A DNA stretch of 64,000 bases from Kiritimatiellia bacterium. GTDB taxonomy: Bacteria > Verrucomicrobiota > Kiritimatiellia > JAAZAB01. The notes below the pieces were generated by a model that worked only from the letters and a program-made list of their open reading frames with translations, did no database searches and was not told where the DNA came from. Every line of letters starts with the position of its first letter. The stretch's first letter is position 1. Shown piece by piece: positions 59,418 through 64,000 of the stretch. Where the stretch lies: the NCBI GenBank assembly GCA_050944835.1, contig JBMNRV010000004.1:12695-76694 (forward strand), in the 5' to 3' direction. Made by a program: the position numbers and the translations under genes.

Positions 59418-60170
59418 TTAAGTTTTTTGACTGATTTTAATCTTACGCAAAGATTCCCGCTGTTCCCAGACCTTGGTAATCGCCATTACAATATCTCGCA
59501 TATCGGACTCATCGCCCAACAACACTGCATGCGGAATCCAACAGGCCTCACGACAAATCTGTTCCGTATTAGGGCAGACTACGGATTGATAATCCGTCGG
59601 CTGACCATAGAACGGACACGATCGCGGACAATTCCGTGGGCCATCGCCCGTCAATGAAAAGACTGGATTTTTATACAGCGGCGCCGGATAACCGAAGCTA
59701 GCGGGAATGCCCTCGGCCTCCAATGCCGCCAAAAACATCTCTCGTGTTATCCCATCCCACTTTTCCGCCAAGTGCCTGAAGACATACATATGATAACTTC
59801 GCCGCGTTACACGCGAATCACCACGCATCAACCCTAGTCCGCTCATCCCCTTTAACTGTTCATCTAAATATCTGGCGGTGGCCATAAAAGTATAGGGCGG
59901 CACTATCACCTCGTCTCCGGCGCCAATACCATTGGCCGCCATAGCCGCCTCCAACGCCAAAGTTCCATTGGCAAAGGTAACGCCATATTTCGCATCTTGA
60001 AACTCAGCGTAACGGCGCTCAAACTCCTGCACCTGCTCGCCATACCACCATTTCCCACTGTCAAAGACCCGTAAAAGATTTTCCCGCTCCTCCGGCCCGA
60101 AAACCGGCCATTCCGTAAATGGTTTGCTCCGAACCGCTTTGCCTCCCGCCAATGCCAATTTTTGCGTCAT
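59418..60170 (-). CDS. DegT/DnrJ/EryC1/StrS-like aminotransferase lacking the central PLP-lysine region (internally truncated; probable pseudogene or degenerate paralog)
   Basis: The N-terminal ~100 aa (…YGVTFANGTLALEAAMAANGIGAGDEVIVPPYTFMATA) and C-terminal ~100 aa (…YHMYVF…REMFLAALEAEGIPASFGYPAPLYKNPVF…) resemble the family, but the protein has only 250 aa versus the usual ~370-400. Confidence 0.5.
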   Translation of the reverse strand: MTQKLALAGGKAVRSKPFTEWPVFGPEERENLLRVFDSGKWWYGEQVQEFERRYAEFQDAKYGVTFANGTLALEAAMAANGIGAGDEVIVPPYTFMATARYLDEQLKGMSGLGLMRGDSRVTRRSYHMYVFRHLAEKWDGITREMFLAALEAEGIPASFGYPAPLYKNPVFSLTGDGPRNCPRSCPFYGQPTDYQSVVCPNTEQICREACWIPHAVLLGDESDMRDIVMAITKVWEQRESLRKIKISQKT

Positions 60171-60205
60171 AACTCATCGCCTTATACGATGTTAACCCTG
60201 CCGGC

Positions 60206-61153
60206 TCACCGACAGTACTTGATAGTAATCAAAATGTCTTGTGGGCAATTGCCAAAATTTTTCCCAAACAGACACACCCCGCCCTGGTTTTTATCCTGTT
60301 CGTCTATTCCCAAGCGCAAAGTGTTGTAGGTTTTACTATTCAAATTCAAATCCGAGATTACCACTGATGAAATTTTCTCACCGTCAATAAAGGCGCCATT
60401 CCGGGTAACCTTCCACTCCTTGAACATGCCGTATTGATTATTTTTTCGCGGCCACCAGGCGGGGTTGTATCTCCCCCGTTTATCCGAGTAAAAACCCCAA
60501 GAATGCCAAGGGCCTATCTTTACGCCATTGATCCAAATACTGATATCAGAAGGGCACTCTTTATCAGAAGGGCGCGCTTTTTCTCCGTCAGGCCAATTGG
60601 CTTCCGACGATATTTCCATGGCAACCGTAATATCCTCCAGCGCTACATTGCGTGGATATTTGCGTGGAAAGCGATATTCTACCCAGCCCCGGCCAAACCA
60701 TAACAACTGAGCGGTGATGCGCTCCGGCTCCAAAAAAGTCCGGGGATCATCAAAGATTCCTATCATTTTCTCCGTATTAGCCAGACCGCAGGTTGGCTCA
60801 ACATGGCAATCGTGATAGCTGCCGATCGGGATGGAAATCCGGGTAGACACGTAGGAATCTTGGTCATCCTCTCTGGGATTAAAGCGAAAAACGATTTCGT
60901 TATACTGCGCTCTGCATATTTTCTGAGCGCCGTGAATCCCGGCACGCGTAATACACTGCACCAACCCTGTTTTTTCCAGAATATTCACAGCCTTAGTTGC
61001 ATAAGACTGGGAAACACCCAGCTCCTGCGCAATCTGCGATATATTCATATCTTTCTGCAAAAGCATCCTATAAACAGCTAACCTGCTCTTTGAGCCCAAC
61101 GCCTGAAAATATCGCGCGGCCGTCGTTGAATCACCCTCGATTAACTTTTGCAT
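60206..61153 (-). CDS. ArsR/SmtB-family winged-HTH regulator fused to a ~220-aa C-terminal beta-rich domain of unknown function
   Basis: N-terminus YFQALGSKSRLAVYRMLLQKDMNISQIAQELGVSQSYATKAVNILEKTGLV is ArsR-like. The C-terminal region has no recognisable catalytic motif (possibly a ConA/DUF1080-like sandwich). Confidence 0.6.
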   Translation of the reverse strand: MQKLIEGDSTTAARYFQALGSKSRLAVYRMLLQKDMNISQIAQELGVSQSYATKAVNILEKTGLVQCITRAGIHGAQKICRAQYNEIVFRFNPREDDQDSYVSTRISIPIGSYHDCHVEPTCGLANTEKMIGIFDDPRTFLEPERITAQLLWFGRGWVEYRFPRKYPRNVALEDITVAMEISSEANWPDGEKARPSDKECPSDISIWINGVKIGPWHSWGFYSDKRGRYNPAWWPRKNNQYGMFKEWKVTRNGAFIDGEKISSVVISDLNLNSKTYNTLRLGIDEQDKNQGGVCLFGKNFGNCPQDILITIKYCR

Positions 61154-61403
61154 GTATATTCCTTTTTTGGAATTATTATTCCAAACCTTGCATTAAAATA
61201 TCGCAAAATCTTTTTTTGTAAAGAAAAATATTTGAAATCCCTATCAAGAGTTAGTCACGTTGCAGCGGATGACCTAAAACTGCGGCAGTTGGCAAGTTTG
61301 TCACAGATGCGCGGCGCGAAGGATGAAGCTGTATAAGCATACCGCGAATCGCCTGTGCGGTCTCGCACCCCTTTCGTCCCTTTTGTCCCTTCTGTCCCAA
61401 ACT

Positions 61404-61452
61404 GGTTTTTGATCAATGACCGGATTTTTTTGGGAAAGCCCACCCACCTAAA
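61404..61452. repeat. Intergenic ~40-bp motif copy A (aatgaccggatttttttgggaaagcccacccacctaaacccac)
   Basis: Matches copy B at 63088-63125 (aatgaccggattttttggagaaagtccacctaaaatccat), about 85% identity. Confidence 0.6.
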
Positions 61453-61573
61453 CCCACTTGCCACACATAGCGGGATATGCTAACATCCCAGCGTCGTATC
61501 TGCTTCGCCCTGTGCCGGTGTCAAACCTGCACGGTGCAAAACTTAAAAGCTTAAACAAATCAACCAAATTGTT

Positions 61574-62821
61574 ATGGCTACCAATATCAGCAATGAAGCG
61601 CGCCCGCAGGCGGAAGATACCGGCTTGAATCCAACCGCGATGAAGAGCATTACCAGCGCCAGCAAACTGCCTCCGGCTGTGCGAGTGGTAAAGCCGACAG
61701 CGCCGGTTCAGACAGCGTCTCCACCAACCCTTGTTCCATTGGGAACCAACCAATCCGACATTGCTTTCCGACTGCAAATTGCGGATCAAATCTGGCGGTA
61801 CATCGCTCATGGATTAGTGATAACCGATGCCGCAGGCATAGTACAATGCGCCAATCCGGCATTTATCAACATGCTGCGTTACTCTGCTGAACAGGAAGTA
61901 ATCGGTCTTGATATTCGATCCTTGCTACCGACGCCCACCGATCTGGATAGTGTGATCCACCACCTCAGCGAGCGCTGTATCTGCGCAAAACAGATCGTCG
62001 TTAAAACCTGCGACGGTTCTCCGTTGCCGGTTCAACTTACCGCCTCCCCGGTATTTCTACCGAACGATCAACTGGGCTTCATGATTTTTTCAATGGATGA
62101 CGCCACAGCCGACATTGAGGCGGAAGACCTACGTGAACAATCAACGCTGCAAGCTCAGACTGCCGCCGTGTCGCAAGCCCGATTAGATGCCATCGCCGAA
62201 ATGAGCTACGCCTTAAATGATCCACTGCAAAACCTGTTGGCGCTGTCGGAGGATGAACAACGCCCTGATTGTCAGGAGCAAATCAAGCGCGTGATTGAAA
62301 TAGTTCAGCAGTTTCGCACACCATCGCAAGCCGCGCCGGAGGAGGATGCCGCCACTGATGACGAAACACTGCCCACTCAGACGCAGGAGCCGACGACTTC
62401 GGATGACCAACTAATCTCCTCTACACAGGACCTGGTTATGGTGGTGGATGATGACCCGCTGACTCGCCAAATGTTTGAGCGTCTGCTTTCCATGTCGTTT
62501 CCCCACTTACGCATTGAATCCGCCGAAAACGGCGAACAAGCCATTGAGCTTTTTATACGCGGACATCACACCCTGATCATCATGGACATTATGACACAGG
62601 GATTGCGTGGCGATGCCGCATTTACGCGCATTTCTGAAATCTGTGCGGAGAAAAACTGGGTCATGCCCCACGTCATTTTTTGCACCGGCTTCATACCCCC
62701 CATAACTGTTGCGGCCATCTCTAATGACCCCTGGCACACACTCTTACACAAGCCTGTCACCCGCAAAGACATATTGGATGCCGTGCAACAATTTCTACCA
62801 AGCACACCGGCCGACGCCTAG
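61574..62821 (+). CDS. PAS-domain / degenerate HisKA (His->Tyr) / receiver-domain protein lacking an HATPase domain
   Basis: PAS-like ...GLVITDAAGIVQCANPAFINMLRYSAEQ... DHp-like AEMSYALNDPLQNLLALSE (compare SHELRTPL). REC-like LVMVVDDDPLTRQMFERLL...LIIMDIMTQGLRGD. Confidence 0.6.
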   Translation: MATNISNEARPQAEDTGLNPTAMKSITSASKLPPAVRVVKPTAPVQTASPPTLVPLGTNQSDIAFRLQIADQIWRYIAHGLVITDAAGIVQCANPAFINMLRYSAEQEVIGLDIRSLLPTPTDLDSVIHHLSERCICAKQIVVKTCDGSPLPVQLTASPVFLPNDQLGFMIFSMDDATADIEAEDLREQSTLQAQTAAVSQARLDAIAEMSYALNDPLQNLLALSEDEQRPDCQEQIKRVIEIVQQFRTPSQAAPEEDAATDDETLPTQTQEPTTSDDQLISSTQDLVMVVDDDPLTRQMFERLLSMSFPHLRIESAENGEQAIELFIRGHHTLIIMDIMTQGLRGDAAFTRISEICAEKNWVMPHVIFCTGFIPPITVAAISNDPWHTLLHKPVTRKDILDAVQQFLPSTPADA

Positions 62822-63087
62822 GCGACATCTCCCTATTGGTTGATGCCAGTCCGTGTCAGTCAGTGTCTTCCGTCCTTGTCAGTTTGAGGACCTAAAAATC
62901 CCAAGACATCCCCAAAAAAAATTGGAAGCAGTTATATATAATCTCTTGTAAACAAACGATATGATCCTTTTACGGGTGTGTCTTGAAGTGGAAAAGTGGT
63001 TTTCTGGAATAGCCCCAACGGGGCGTTACATACCAGCCTAGGGCAACGCCAGACCCTGAATTTAACCCGCTCGGCCTGATCTTTATG

Positions 63088-63125
63088 GAATGACCGGATT
63101 TTTTGGAGAAAGTCCACCTAAAATC
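63088..63125. repeat. Intergenic ~40-bp motif copy B, 42 bp upstream of the NfeD-like gene
   Basis: See copy A at 61404-61452. Confidence 0.6.
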
Positions 63126-63166
63126 CATATTGATATTTTTTGCATAGATAGTATTATCCGAAGCTG

Positions 63167-64000
63167 ATGCGATTTTTGCAACAACGCGGTTTATTTAAGG
63201 CGGGTCGAAAATTGACCAAGGGGTTGGCGGTACGCTTACTGATTGCCGGGATGGTCTTGTGCGCCGGTCTTTGTGCGAACGGCGGCACGGACACCACCGC
63301 TGCCGCATCCGTTCATCCGCCTATCGCCAGTAACGGGCCAACCTTTATCATCCCCATTGAGGGACCCATTGAAAAAGCGCTGTTGTACGTCATCCGACGC
63401 GGCCTGGCACAGGCGGCGGAGAGGCAGGCCGGCGCAGTGGTATTTGTCATAGACACACCCGGCGGCCAACTGGATGCCACAGAGGAAATCATCCGTCTGC
63501 TCCTGCAAACACGAGTGCCGACCTATACCCTGGTGCAATCGCGCGCACTCTCCGCCGGCGCCATCATTGCTATGGCTACCGACCGGATATACATGACACC
63601 GGGCAGCATCATCGGCGACGCCCTGCCGATCATGATCACGCCCTTCGGCGGCGTCCAAGAGTTGCCGGAAGCCGTTCAGGAAAAAGCCGTTTCCGGAGTC
63701 GCCGCCATAATCCGTTCCGCGGCCCAACAAAAAGGCCATGACCCACAATTAGCGGAAGCTATGGTGCGGCGGGAACTGGAATATACATCCGGCGGTATCG
63801 TTATCAGCCCGGCCGGGCAATTACTGACCCTTACCGCTACGGAAGCCGCTCGTCCGGTCGGCCCAGACGGCCAGCCGTTGCTGTCACAGGGTACTGTGGC
63901 CGACCTTGCGGAATTGCTGCAGCGCGAGGGGCGCGACGCGAAAAACACTGTAACCTTAGTGGTGACGGCGGCAGAAAAGATAGCACGCTTAATCGAATCC
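63167..64000 (+). CDS. NfeD-like membrane-bound ClpP-class serine protease (5' partial; continues beyond the window)
   Basis: Frame open from ATG 63167 to the window end, so it is absent from the complete-ORF track. Translation ...FIIPIEGPIEKALLYVIRRGL...VVFVIDTPGGQLDATEEII...VQSRALSAGAIIAMATDRIYMTPGSIIGDALPI matches the NfeD N-terminal protease domain. Confidence 0.65.
   Translation, partial: MRFLQQRGLFKAGRKLTKGLAVRLLIAGMVLCAGLCANGGTDTTAAASVHPPIASNGPTFIIPIEGPIEKALLYVIRRGLAQAAERQAGAVVFVIDTPGGQLDATEEIIRLLLQTRVPTYTLVQSRALSAGAIIAMATDRIYMTPGSIIGDALPIMITPFGGVQELPEAVQEKAVSGVAAIIRSAAQQKGHDPQLAEAMVRRELEYTSGGIVISPAGQLLTLTATEAARPVGPDGQPLLSQGTVADLAELLQREGRDAKNTVTLVVTAAEKIARLIES

Overview
The window is 64 kb of GC-rich (~58%) DNA from a diderm bacterium. 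The diderm call rests on LolCDE-like and LpxL-like genes; a PVC-superphylum lifestyle is only inferred, from many secreted beta-helix proteins, heparinase II/III-like lyases and a GH109-like enzyme. No rRNA, tRNA, CRISPR array or transposase was seen.

Gene content by position:
- 1-8 kb: a secreted parallel beta-helix protein, a 1205-aa CAZyme-like protein with a CBM9-like C-terminus, a GH109-like TAT-signal Gfo/Idh/MocA enzyme, and an Asp/Glu-racemase-like gene.
- 8.7-13.2 kb: an envelope cluster of an LpoB-like lipoprotein, a second lipoprotein, a PEGA-repeat lipoprotein and an FHA-domain membrane protein.
- 14-21.5 kb: two GT4 glycosyltransferases, a small Zn-ribbon ORF, UspA, a large secreted protein translationally coupled to a GT2, and an LpxL-like acyltransferase.
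- 21.5-35 kb: a housekeeping block on the minus strand: ilvE-mcsA-mcsB-clpC (a Firmicute-type arginine-kinase/ClpC module, with no ctsR), lolD, lolC/E, lysS, ferredoxin, metallophosphoesterase, ispD, a trmH-like gene, citrate synthase and rpmB.
- 35-43 kb: LemA plus an M48 protease, a DUF2157/GDYXXLXY membrane pair, an SDR, a YjgR-like DUF853 ATPase, and a coupled pair of desulforedoxin-like genes, the second a tandem two-domain fusion.
- 43-44 kb: a 243-aa ORF with two winged-HTH-like segments flanking a perfect 4 x 21-bp in-frame SSPLNGG repeat, with a perfect 5 x 18-bp tandem repeat in its 5' leader.
- 44-58 kb: a polysaccharide-lyase locus made of an M14 carboxypeptidase, a beta-helix protein, a 1079-aa heparinase II/III-like lyase, an SSF sodium:solute symporter and a 1453-aa heparinase II/III-like lyase.
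  - Three loci here share a conserved ~130-bp leader cassette: the 5'UTR plus an unusual N-terminal 'MKVALLDxSRLxRGCVxLGCLL...GVWA' module.
  - One copy is a deletion remnant in which the 3' end of a beta-helix paralog is fused, out of frame, to its 5' end at a tGG(C/G)TGG microhomology. It sits directly upstream of the SSF transporter.
- 58-64 kb: a Gfo/Idh/MocA oxidoreductase, an internally truncated DegT-like ORF, an ArsR-HTH fusion regulator, a PAS-DHp(His->Tyr)-REC protein, and the 5' part of an NfeD-like protease.

Other recurring elements are a perfect 17-bp inverted repeat bracketing an AT-rich ~75-bp segment upstream of trmH (MITE- or operator-like), a recurrent AAACCGCCAA(R)GCGCCA upstream motif, and a ~40-bp intergenic repeat present twice near 61.4 and 63.1 kb.
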